NCBI GenBank assembly: GCA_963851445.1
Contig: CAWKPH010000001.1
Location: forward strand, 1 to 59,812
DNA: 59,812 bases
Direction of reading: 5' to 3'
From: an uncultured bacterium
Lineage (GTDB): Bacteria; Patescibacteriota; Minisyncoccia; Phycocordibacterales; Phycocordibacteraceae
Under the pieces are notes generated by a model. The model saw only the letters and a program-made list of their open reading frames with translations, ran no database searches and had not been told where the DNA came from. The position numbers were made by a program, and so were the translations under genes. This document shows positions 9,458 through 17,195 of this stretch, piece after piece; within the stretch, counting starts at the first letter, position 1, and each line of letters begins with the position of its first letter.

Positions 9458-10045
9458 CTACTTGTATAGGTATAGCGTGTAATCTTCAGAACTGTAGTCA
9501 TCGCGAACCGTTATCTTATCAGTAAGCGAGCGGCAGAAATCATACATTTCAGAAAGTGTGTAAGTCGCGTACAATCGATTTCCTTCAAAGTTATCAGCGT
9601 TAAGAAAATTGAATGCGGTAGCAATTCGAGACGCCTCGTACATCTTCTTGATTTGTCCAAAATAGATCTGTATATGATTTGGTACTCTAAAAGTGAAGGT
9701 GCCTGAGGCAAGTGCGTAGTCGATGGGTTCTAAGGTATATAAACTAAAGTCAGATAATTCGAACCGGGTGCCTGGATATTTAGCACGCGCAGCAGTAATC
9801 AATCGCTCATTAATATCTACACCCGTATAATTGATGCTACCGAATGCATTTTGCAGGTATGCATAAAAATCCCCAAGACCGCACCCTTCATCGAGTACTG
9901 ATTTCCCGGTCATGTTACCTACTTCAGAAAGTATTTTGAATCTGTCTTGTTGCGATTTCTTATCGCGCCACGCGAGTGCTCTAGGGTCATTTGGGCCAAA
10001 CCTTTGAAGCATCTCATCGTAGTATTCCTGCAAGCTGTCCACCAT
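9458..10045 (-). CDS. class I SAM-dependent methyltransferase
   Basis: Motif I VLDEGCGLGDF, followed by post-I and motif II-like spacing. Length is 195 aa. The substrate is unknown. Confidence 0.75.
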   Translation of the reverse strand: MVDSLQEYYDEMLQRFGPNDPRALAWRDKKSQQDRFKILSEVGNMTGKSVLDEGCGLGDFYAYLQNAFGSINYTGVDINERLITAARAKYPGTRFELSDFSLYTLEPIDYALASGTFTFRVPNHIQIYFGQIKKMYEASRIATAFNFLNADNFEGNRLYATYTLSEMYDFCRSLTDKITVRDDYSSEDYTLYLYK

Positions 10046-10075
10046 AGCAGCCTATCATGATTCGATTTATCAGAG

Positions 10076-10162
10076 CGGAGAGGGGGAGATTCGAACTCCC
10101 GAGACCTTTTCAAGCCTGCCGGTTTTCGAAACCGGTGCATTCGACCACTCTGCCACCTCTCC
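10076..10162 (-). tRNA. tRNA-Ser (anticodon CGA)
   Basis: Hand-folded. Acceptor GGAGAGG/CCTCTCC, anticodon arm CCGGT-TTCGAAA-ACCGG, long variable arm and T-arm GGGAG-TTCGAAT-CTCCC. CCA is not encoded. Confidence 0.9.
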
Positions 10163-10186
10163 AGGTATCGACAAAAGTCGTATTCC

Positions 10187-10228
10187 TCGTATCCTAGCAT
10201 TTTTGAGAGAGATAGTGCTAGGATACGA
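10187..10228. promoter_or_regulatory. 13-bp perfect inverted repeat between divergent tRNA-Ser and tRNA-Glu genes
   Basis: TCGTATCCTAGCA (10187..10199), a 16-nt spacer, then TGCTAGGATACGA (10216..10228). The function is unknown; an operator or leader hairpin are candidates. Confidence 0.4.
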
Positions 10229-10245
10229 AAGTGCCGCCTTTACAA

Positions 10246-10317
10246 GGCCTCATCGTCTAACGGTTAGGACGTGTCCCTTTCACGGACAAAATCGGGGTTC
10301 GATTCCCCGTGAGGTCA
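10246..10317 (+). tRNA. tRNA-Glu (anticodon TTC)
   Basis: Hand-folded. Acceptor GGCCTCA/TGAGGTC, anticodon arm TGTCC-CTTTCAC-GGACA and T-arm GGGGTTCGATTCCCC. Confidence 0.9.
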
Positions 10318-10397
10318 CATTGTTTGGATCAAGAACCTGGCGGCGAACCCAAATATCATTGCAACAAAAGGCCAAGGAGGTCGTATAATCCGTATAT

Positions 10398-11459
10398 ATG
10401 GCCTTCGCCCCCCCACAGAAGACTCTGTGGCTCAAGATACTTCTAGGGCTCCTTATATTCGCCTTGGGCGTTTTAGTAGGATGGCTTCCTACAGGGTATA
10501 GTAAGCCCATATCTGTTGTTCCAGTTCGAGACCCCATTTCAGGATACAGTCTCATCAATCCAATACTCTACACCCAGGTTCCTGAGAGCCTTTCCTACCC
10601 AACTTATACACCTCTTGAAAATGCTCTTAATTCGTATGTAACCTCCGCAGAAGCAAGTGGAAAAGCAACTACCGTAGCAGTTTATTTTCAGGATTTAGAT
10701 TCGACAGATTGGACAGGTGTTAATCCAACGGAGAAATTTGACCCTGCAAGCATGTTGAAGGTTGCTACGCTGATAGCACTTCTTCGCGCTTCTGAATCCA
10801 ACCCTTCATTGTTAAACACAAATATAACCGTACCGGCTTCTTCGAACATCTCAAGTGAAGAACAGGAGGCGTATTTCCCTGCAGTCAATCCGGTACAGAG
10901 TGGAAATACCTATAGCGTTGAAGATCTGATGCAAAAACTCATTGTCCAGTCTGACGATGGAGCCGATCTAATTCTCCTTAATTTCCTGGGGAATAATGCT
11001 ATCTCGACAGTCTTTTCTGACCTGCATATACCATTGCCTGGAACCACTACGGGGGTCAGCCCTCAGGAATACTCACATTTATTCCGTATACTTTATAATG
11101 ACACCTATCTTTCTTCCTCCGATTCCGAGGCCGCACTACAACTCTTGACTCAAACGACCTTTACGGACGGATTGGTTGCGGGAGTACCACCCGGTACGGT
11201 TGTTGCACACAAATTCGGTGAGAGTCTCTTTCCACTAGTCTCTGAACAAACTATCTGGCCACAGACAGCAACTACCACCTCGGCAGATGTCCCAGGTCTA
11301 AACGATTGTGGAATAATCTATTACCCAGCTCATCCCTATTTCTTGTGCGTCATGACACAAGGAACCGATTTCTCTACACTTGCAGGAGTCATTAAGAACA
11401 TTTCAAACATAACCTGGACTCAGGTCAATTCGCTTCACGCTCAAAATAATAGTTCGTAG
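10398..11459 (+). CDS. membrane-anchored class A beta-lactamase-fold serine hydrolase
   Basis: N-terminal TM segment, then S-x-x-K (ASMLK), an SDN-like SDD (VQSDDG) and a KTG-like KFG (AHKFGE), in the correct order and spacing. Confidence 0.7.
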   Translation: MAFAPPQKTLWLKILLGLLIFALGVLVGWLPTGYSKPISVVPVRDPISGYSLINPILYTQVPESLSYPTYTPLENALNSYVTSAEASGKATTVAVYFQDLDSTDWTGVNPTEKFDPASMLKVATLIALLRASESNPSLLNTNITVPASSNISSEEQEAYFPAVNPVQSGNTYSVEDLMQKLIVQSDDGADLILLNFLGNNAISTVFSDLHIPLPGTTTGVSPQEYSHLFRILYNDTYLSSSDSEAALQLLTQTTFTDGLVAGVPPGTVVAHKFGESLFPLVSEQTIWPQTATTTSADVPGLNDCGIIYYPAHPYFLCVMTQGTDFSTLAGVIKNISNITWTQVNSLHAQNNSS

Positions 11460-11462
11460 TAA

Positions 11463-12680
11463 TTAGGCTTTCTTCGTTCGAATATGTTCAGGGCGGTAAC
11501 CTATCCCAACTGCATATGCAGGGAAGCGTCGTAGATACGGAAATCGCTTGATCATCCTAAGAGGCCATGGCAAGTGGAGCTGTTGGGGCGTTTTGAGTAT
11601 GCGAGCAATAACATGCGTATGGGCATATACCTGGGCTTTCTGGGTTACCTCTGCAGGACGTGAGCGGCGCGTTTGTATGGCCTGTAGATCGGATTCCTGT
11701 ATGCCTGATGGTCTCTCAAAAGCAGGGACGAGCACGTTCGCCGCGGCAACAGCATCTTGAACGGCAAGATTTATACCAACTCCCCCTACAGGAGACATGG
11801 CGTGTGCTGAGTCTCCAATGCAAATGAATCCAGGCATATACCATTTCGGGAGATAGTCCACGGTAACTGAAAGAAACTTCACTTGTTCCCAACTGGTGAT
11901 CTTTTCCACGTTTGAGGTCAGGTTCGGGACAAGCTTTGTGATGCTCTGTCTGAATGCTTCAATACCTCGAGACTTCACCGACTCAAAATCTCCTTTCTGT
12001 ATGATGAAGGCGCACTGCCAATATGTGTCACGGTCGATAAGTACAATCATCTCGCCTTGATCAATGTAGCCAAGTGATCTTGCGGTGCCATCATCCTCGC
12101 GCGGGATCTCAAACCAGAGCACGTCGATAGGCGCCCCAAAATCCTTAAGAGTTAATCCGGATTTTTCGCGTGCTGTTGAATGACGTCCATCTGCGCCAAT
12201 AGTAAGTGGTGCATGTATCTCGAGTTCTCCCTCCTTGTCTTTGGCCTTTATGCCTACTACCCTGCCTTCTTTCCAAAGGAGGTCTGTGCATTCGGTTTCC
12301 ATAAGAAGATGGAAACCAGGATATTGCTTCCCTTCGGCTGCAATAAAATTCAAGAAATCCCATTGTGGAATGAAACCAAGAAAGGGCGGGCCGCTCTTAA
12401 GGTGTGTGAAATCAGCAACAATGACCTCTTCGCTACCCCAGTGTACAGCAACCTGTTTTGTCTCGTTATGTGGAAGTGTGAGGAATTTCTCAAAGAGCCC
12501 GAGTTCCTTGAGCACCTGCATCGTTGAGGGATGAATCGTATCACCACGAAAATCTCGAAAGAAATCGGGCCACTTTTCAAGGACTGTCACATCGATACCC
12601 GAGCGCGCAAGTAAGTAGCCGAGCATGATGCCCGCAGGACCACCGCCGGAGATACAACAGGAGGTAGTTAGGGTACGCAT
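11463..12680 (-). CDS. FAD-dependent monooxygenase (UbiH/aromatic-ring hydroxylase-like family)
   Basis: Dinucleotide-binding motif GGGPAGIMLGYLLARSGIDVTVLEK and the GDSAHAMSPVGGVGINLAVQD motif. Confidence 0.8.
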   Translation of the reverse strand: MRTLTTSCCISGGGPAGIMLGYLLARSGIDVTVLEKWPDFFRDFRGDTIHPSTMQVLKELGLFEKFLTLPHNETKQVAVHWGSEEVIVADFTHLKSGPPFLGFIPQWDFLNFIAAEGKQYPGFHLLMETECTDLLWKEGRVVGIKAKDKEGELEIHAPLTIGADGRHSTAREKSGLTLKDFGAPIDVLWFEIPREDDGTARSLGYIDQGEMIVLIDRDTYWQCAFIIQKGDFESVKSRGIEAFRQSITKLVPNLTSNVEKITSWEQVKFLSVTVDYLPKWYMPGFICIGDSAHAMSPVGGVGINLAVQDAVAAANVLVPAFERPSGIQESDLQAIQTRRSRPAEVTQKAQVYAHTHVIARILKTPQQLHLPWPLRMIKRFPYLRRFPAYAVGIGYRPEHIRTKKA

Positions 12681-12734
12681 AGAGTATTAACTAGAGACAT
12701 GATCCTCTAGTAATTCTAGCATTTGCCCATGGAC

Positions 12735-13574
12735 CTACACATATTCCTTTTTCCAAAATCCCATGATGGCTGGGAGCACTTGGTATTTCCCAATCTTAGT
12801 GCGATCGATCGAGAGCGCGAGGCCAGTCGTGCCAAGTGACTGCGCGATATGTTTTGCAAGAGTTCGCATATATACACCGGAAGCGCAAGTAACACGTAGT
12901 CGCAGCACATGAAATTGACGCTTCTTCATATTGGCAAAGAGTTCCTCCCAGCACGCACGGATTTTTGTTTGTCTGAAGTTGGCACCAAGAACTTTCGATT
13001 GTTCTGTCGTTGTAGGCACAATCCGAAGCAATTCCTGTATGCGCCCGCGCAGCTTATCAGTCTCTAGCTCATAGGTGTCAACGAGCGAGATACGATAGAT
13101 AGTTTCGATGTGCTCAGGAATGGTAATGGTGTCGAGTGTCCCTTCAAGTGCATAAAGAAAAAGTGGTTTGCCATCCACGGTCTTTGATGAAAAAGCGGGG
13201 TAACGACGAGAGTGTGAACCGATTTCATTCTTCAGAGCACGTTGTATATAGGTAGGTACAGGTTTTGTTTCTTTCCCCTGATATTCAGGAAGTCCAAGTA
13301 TATCGCCGCTATCACTTCCGATATCAAGCAATATCTCTAGCTCATATTCTTTATCAAGTTTTGTATAACTCTTTAGCTTCTTACATTCATCGCCAATGAG
13401 TATGAGGAGTTTTCCTTTGGCCATTGGATCAAGTCTGCCTGCATATGCAATGGGAACTTCTACAAATTCAGCGTGTTCCGCTCTCCACATAGTAATCACC
13501 TCAAGCGGCGTTTGCCCACGTAGCTTAGTAAGAACGAGGTATGGGGGTATTTGATTTAAGTCAGATTTTCTCAT
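12735..13574 (-). CDS. truB: tRNA pseudouridine synthase, TruB family
   Basis: YAGRLDPMAKGKLLILIGDECKK carries the TruB catalytic-Asp motif (G-x-LDP-x-A-x-G). I chose the ATG at 13574 to avoid overlap with the divergent glycosylase gene; 13649 is an alternative. Confidence 0.72.
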   Translation of the reverse strand: MRKSDLNQIPPYLVLTKLRGQTPLEVITMWRAEHAEFVEVPIAYAGRLDPMAKGKLLILIGDECKKLKSYTKLDKEYELEILLDIGSDSGDILGLPEYQGKETKPVPTYIQRALKNEIGSHSRRYPAFSSKTVDGKPLFLYALEGTLDTITIPEHIETIYRISLVDTYELETDKLRGRIQELLRIVPTTTEQSKVLGANFRQTKIRACWEELFANMKKRQFHVLRLRVTCASGVYMRTLAKHIAQSLGTTGLALSIDRTKIGKYQVLPAIMGFWKKEYV

Positions 13575-13638
13575 GCACTTCGATAGTAGCTTCCTAGCTA
13601 TAGTACCTAATATTCTTTCGGGAATATATACTGATCGA

Positions 13639-14250
13639 ATGCAGCGCAAGAAATACGATGAGGCAATTGCCTATCTTCAACATGAGTCACGACTTGGCGC
13701 TTTCCAGATGAAAGAGCGTATTCCCCCGTTCAGACGTCCAAGTGATCCGTTCCAGTCTCTAGTTCGTTCGATAATCTATCAGCAGCTTTCAGGAAAAGCT
13801 GCATCAAGCATTCTTGCAAAATTCCTCACGCTCTTTCCTGATGGTCGCTACCCCACGCCTAAGGAAGTACTCAAGGTTACCGATGCAAAATTCAAGAAGT
13901 GCGGAGTCTCAAGCCAGAAAGCTGGCTATCTGCGAGATCTTGCGAGGAGATTCCTTGATGGCACCATAGACCCGAGCAGATTCAGTAAAATGAGCGACGA
14001 GGAGATTCGTGAACATCTACTGGTCGTGAAAGGCGTCGGTCCTTGGACTGCTGATATGTTTCTCATGTTTACACTCTATCGTCCCGACATTCTACCCACC
14101 GGCGACCTTGGTATCCAGAAAGGATTTCAAAAGTTCTTCAAGCTCAAAAAATTACCGGACGCTAAGAAGATGGTGCAGCTCGCAAAGAATTGGCGTCCAC
14201 ATCGCACCGTAGCGTGTTGGTATATGTGGGAACTAGTCGACTCGCCTTAG
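13639..14250 (+). CDS. HhH-GPD DNA glycosylase, AlkA (3-methyladenine glycosylase II)-like
   Basis: Helix-hairpin-helix VKGVGPWTADMFLMF, followed by LPTGDLGIQKG with the catalytic Asp context. Confidence 0.75.
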   Translation: MQRKKYDEAIAYLQHESRLGAFQMKERIPPFRRPSDPFQSLVRSIIYQQLSGKAASSILAKFLTLFPDGRYPTPKEVLKVTDAKFKKCGVSSQKAGYLRDLARRFLDGTIDPSRFSKMSDEEIREHLLVVKGVGPWTADMFLMFTLYRPDILPTGDLGIQKGFQKFFKLKKLPDAKKMVQLAKNWRPHRTVACWYMWELVDSP

Positions 14251-14867
14251 ATCCCAAGCGTATCTCTTGAGAGCACACCTTCACGAAGTATAATGGGTGT
14301 TTTGCCCATGCATGAGACCACGGTAGAGGGAACTCCCTCGGCTCGCTCTCCTGCATCGATAACAAGACCTATATCGTGAGATTTATCCTTCAGTTGATCA
14401 AGAATCCCTTGAATCGTTGTTGCAACGTGAAGACCGCTCAGATTTGCGCTGGTTGAGGTGAAAGGTTTACCAAATGATCGGGCAAGAGTCTGGCAAAAAA
14501 GATCGTTTGGAAAACGAATGCCAATGCCTCCATTAAGTGTGATCTCTTCCTCAATAGTTGGCTTAGCGGGAAGGATAAGGGTAAGAGGGCCTGGCAAAAA
14601 ACGTTCGATAAGCATTTCAGCAGGGCCAGAAAGCTGCGCATATTTTTCTATCAAATCTATGTCTGGCACAATTACCGAGATTGGCTTCTTTGTTTCGCGC
14701 CCCTTCACATCGCGAAGTCGTTTGAGGGCAACAGGGTTGGCAGCGTCCGCGCCAAGGCCATATATCGTATCGGTTGGATAAATGATCAATTGCCCTGCTC
14801 GCAGTGCTTGTGCAGCTTTTTTTGCTGCCGCGCTTATGGAAGTCTCGCCAAGCCGAATGATCTCCAT
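14247..14867 (-). CDS. tsaC: L-threonylcarbamoyladenylate synthase (TsaC/YwlC/Sua5 domain)
   Basis: IIYPTDTIYGLGADA, KGRETKKPISV and SANLSG motifs. Length is 206 aa. Confidence 0.9.
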   Translation of the reverse strand: MEIIRLGETSISAAAKKAAQALRAGQLIIYPTDTIYGLGADAANPVALKRLRDVKGRETKKPISVIVPDIDLIEKYAQLSGPAEMLIERFLPGPLTLILPAKPTIEEEITLNGGIGIRFPNDLFCQTLARSFGKPFTSTSANLSGLHVATTIQGILDQLKDKSHDIGLVIDAGERAEGVPSTVVSCMGKTPIILREGVLSRDTLGI

Positions 14868-14929
14868 ATTTGAATAGTAGCCCCAAACACGTTATCCTGC
14901 CAAAGTTAGGAGTGCATATTTGGATTTTG

Positions 14930-15002
14930 GGACGGTTAGCTCAGTTGGTAGAGCATCCCCTTGACGTGGGGAAGGTCAGAGGTTCGAGCCCTCTATCGTC
15001 CA
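14930..15002 (+). tRNA. tRNA-Val (anticodon GAC)
   Basis: Hand-folded. Acceptor GGACGGT/ATCGTCC (one G-T pair), D-arm GCTC-AGTTGGTA-GAGC, anticodon arm TCCCC-TTGACGT-GGGGA and T-arm AGAGG-TTCGAGC-CCTCT. Confidence 0.9.
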
Positions 15003-15050
15003 CTACAAAGTACGCTAGAAGATAGTAGAGAAATACGTTATAACAGAAGC

Positions 15051-15917
15051 ATGGAGAGCAACAATCGCATAATTATTTTGTATCACGGCAATTGCCCCGA
15101 CGGTTTCGGAGGAGCTTATGCGGCGTGGAAAAAATTTGGGGATACGGCTGAATACCGAGCGGTCCGCTATGGTAAACCTGTTTCAGAGGATCTCGCGAAT
15201 GCGCACCTGTATTTTGTCGATTTTTGTTATGAAAAGGATGTTATGGATCAGATCGTTGCCAAGGCAGCTTCGGTTGTAGTACTTGATCATCATCTTGGTA
15301 CGAAGGGTGTCACTGAAAGCATGCCTGAATTTGTATTCGATAACAATCATTCCGGCGCGACAATCGCTTGGAAGTATTTTCATCCCGATACACCAGTACC
15401 CTCACTCCTTCTTTTTATCGAGGATGATGACATATTTCGCTATGCGCTTCCGGATACGCGCGCCGTACTCGCGTATCTGATCGTGCAGCCCTATGATTTC
15501 GAAGGGTGGGATCAACTGGTTACGGAGCTTGATGATCGTTCGACGCGTGAATCATTTTTCTTGAAAGCTCGCACCTACGCTGAGTATTTCGGACTACTCG
15601 CAAAATATGCTGCGGCACAGGCGAAGCTGGTCGAGTTTGAAGGTTATACCTGCTACTTCGCTACATCGCATCCCCTCATCACTCTTAAATCAGTGGTTGC
15701 CGAAACGCTATACAAAATGCGACCCCCTATAGCGCTGATTGTGACGGCACATCCTGAGGGGTTCGGTGTTTCAATACGCAGCGATGAAAGTGTAGATGTT
15801 GCAGCTATCGCTCGTAAGTATGGTGGCAATGGCCATCCTGGTTCTGCAGGATTTATGGTTCCTCTCGACAAACCGATGCCATGGAAACTTGTCGAAGAAG
15901 AATCAGAGGGAATTTGA
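15051..15917 (+). CDS. DHH/DHHA1-family phosphoesterase (nanoRNase / cyclic-nucleotide phosphodiesterase-like)
   Basis: YHGNCPDGFGGAYAAW N-terminus, a DHH motif (VVVLDHHLG) and the DHHA1 motif GGNGHPGSAGF. I moved the start to the ATG at 15051 because the ORF-track start at 14961 overlaps tRNA-Val. Confidence 0.75.
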   Translation: MESNNRIIILYHGNCPDGFGGAYAAWKKFGDTAEYRAVRYGKPVSEDLANAHLYFVDFCYEKDVMDQIVAKAASVVVLDHHLGTKGVTESMPEFVFDNNHSGATIAWKYFHPDTPVPSLLLFIEDDDIFRYALPDTRAVLAYLIVQPYDFEGWDQLVTELDDRSTRESFFLKARTYAEYFGLLAKYAAAQAKLVEFEGYTCYFATSHPLITLKSVVAETLYKMRPPIALIVTAHPEGFGVSIRSDESVDVAAIARKYGGNGHPGSAGFMVPLDKPMPWKLVEEESEGI

Positions 15918-15920
15918 GAC

Positions 15921-17141
15921 ATGAGAATATTGGCAATTGAAACATCCTGCGACGAAACAGCGATTGCAATTTTAAAATGCGAGGGTGACGAGCAGTCAGC
16001 ATCATTTACCATACAGTCACACGCACTAATTTCGCAGATAGCAATTCATCAGGAATTCGGAGGCGTCTTCCCTGCCGTTGCAAAACGCGAGCATGCAAAG
16101 AACTTGGTGCCGCTTTTGCGGAGTGCTCTTGAGGAAGCGGAATTACTACATGAGGACGCACAGTCTATTGAAGAAAGTGTGGGTACACGAGTTGGCGAAC
16201 TCCTCTCACGCGAGGCTGATATGGCCCAGGAGTTTATTGAGTTCATCTCAGAATGTGAGTGTCCACAAATTGATGCGATTGCGATAACACATGGTCCTGG
16301 GCTTGAGCCTGCTCTCTGGGTAGGCATAAATTTTGCCCAGGCGCTTGCGCTTGCGTGGAATATCCCACTTGTACCGGTAAATCATATGGAGGGGCACTTT
16401 CTGATTGCGCTCACAAAACGTAGCGATACTTTAGAAACTTTTACCATTAGTAACGCACAGTTGCCTGTCCTTGGACTTCTTATATCAGGCGGCCACACTG
16501 AACTCGATCTCATGGAAGACTGGCTTTCATACCAGTTGCTTGGGGAGACGCGTGATGACGCGGTTGGTGAGGCATTCGACAAAGTTGCACGCATGCTAGG
16601 ACTTCCCTATCCCGGGGGACCTGAAATATCAAACTTGGCTAAACGCGATCGCGAAGATTCATCAGACAATCCATTCGTATTTCCGCGCCCCATGATTGAT
16701 TCACCTGATTTTGATTTCTCATTTAGCGGACTTAAAACCGCAGTGCTTTACACGTTGAAGAATAATCCTGAGCTCCGGAAAGCGGAGCTTAGTACACGCC
16801 TCAAAGAGCAGCTTGCGCGAGCATTCGAGGATGCGGTTGCTGAGGTGCTTGTTTCAAAGACGCTACGCGCGCTCCTAGAGACGCAGGCGCAAACACTTGT
16901 CATCGGTGGTGGTGTTTCTGCAAACACACACATCCGGGAGTGCTTTAAGAAAGCTCTGAAGGAAAAGCTTCCCTATGTAGAGCTGTCAACGCCACCTGAA
17001 GGTCTCACGGGTGATAATGCGGTCATGATTGGTGTTGCAGGTTTTTATCGCGCACGTGCTGCCGAGTTTAGGGAACCGGGGACACTCGTCGCGAATGGCA
17101 ACCTTAGACTTGCTCCTAAAGCTAAAAGTACCTCATCCTAG
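15921..17141 (+). CDS. tsaD: tRNA N6-adenosine threonylcarbamoyltransferase
   Basis: MRILAIETSCDETAIAIL, a metal-binding NHMEGH and GGVSAN. It carries an acidic insertion of about 35 aa (EEAELLHEDAQSIEES...FISECECPQ) relative to my recollection of E. coli TsaD. Confidence 0.92.
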   Translation: MRILAIETSCDETAIAILKCEGDEQSASFTIQSHALISQIAIHQEFGGVFPAVAKREHAKNLVPLLRSALEEAELLHEDAQSIEESVGTRVGELLSREADMAQEFIEFISECECPQIDAIAITHGPGLEPALWVGINFAQALALAWNIPLVPVNHMEGHFLIALTKRSDTLETFTISNAQLPVLGLLISGGHTELDLMEDWLSYQLLGETRDDAVGEAFDKVARMLGLPYPGGPEISNLAKRDREDSSDNPFVFPRPMIDSPDFDFSFSGLKTAVLYTLKNNPELRKAELSTRLKEQLARAFEDAVAEVLVSKTLRALLETQAQTLVIGGGVSANTHIRECFKKALKEKLPYVELSTPPEGLTGDNAVMIGVAGFYRARAAEFREPGTLVANGNLRLAPKAKSTSS

Positions 17142-17195
17142 CGCTTTTCTCTCGATCGCCGAGCGAAAATAAGCTTTCTTTGCTATATTCTGATA

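Noticed and set aside
14961-15050. N-terminal extension of the DHH phosphoesterase ORF (alternative start at 14961).
   Set aside because: It overlaps tRNA-Val (14930..15002). The conserved protein begins at the ATG at 15051 (MESNNRIIILYHGNCPDG).
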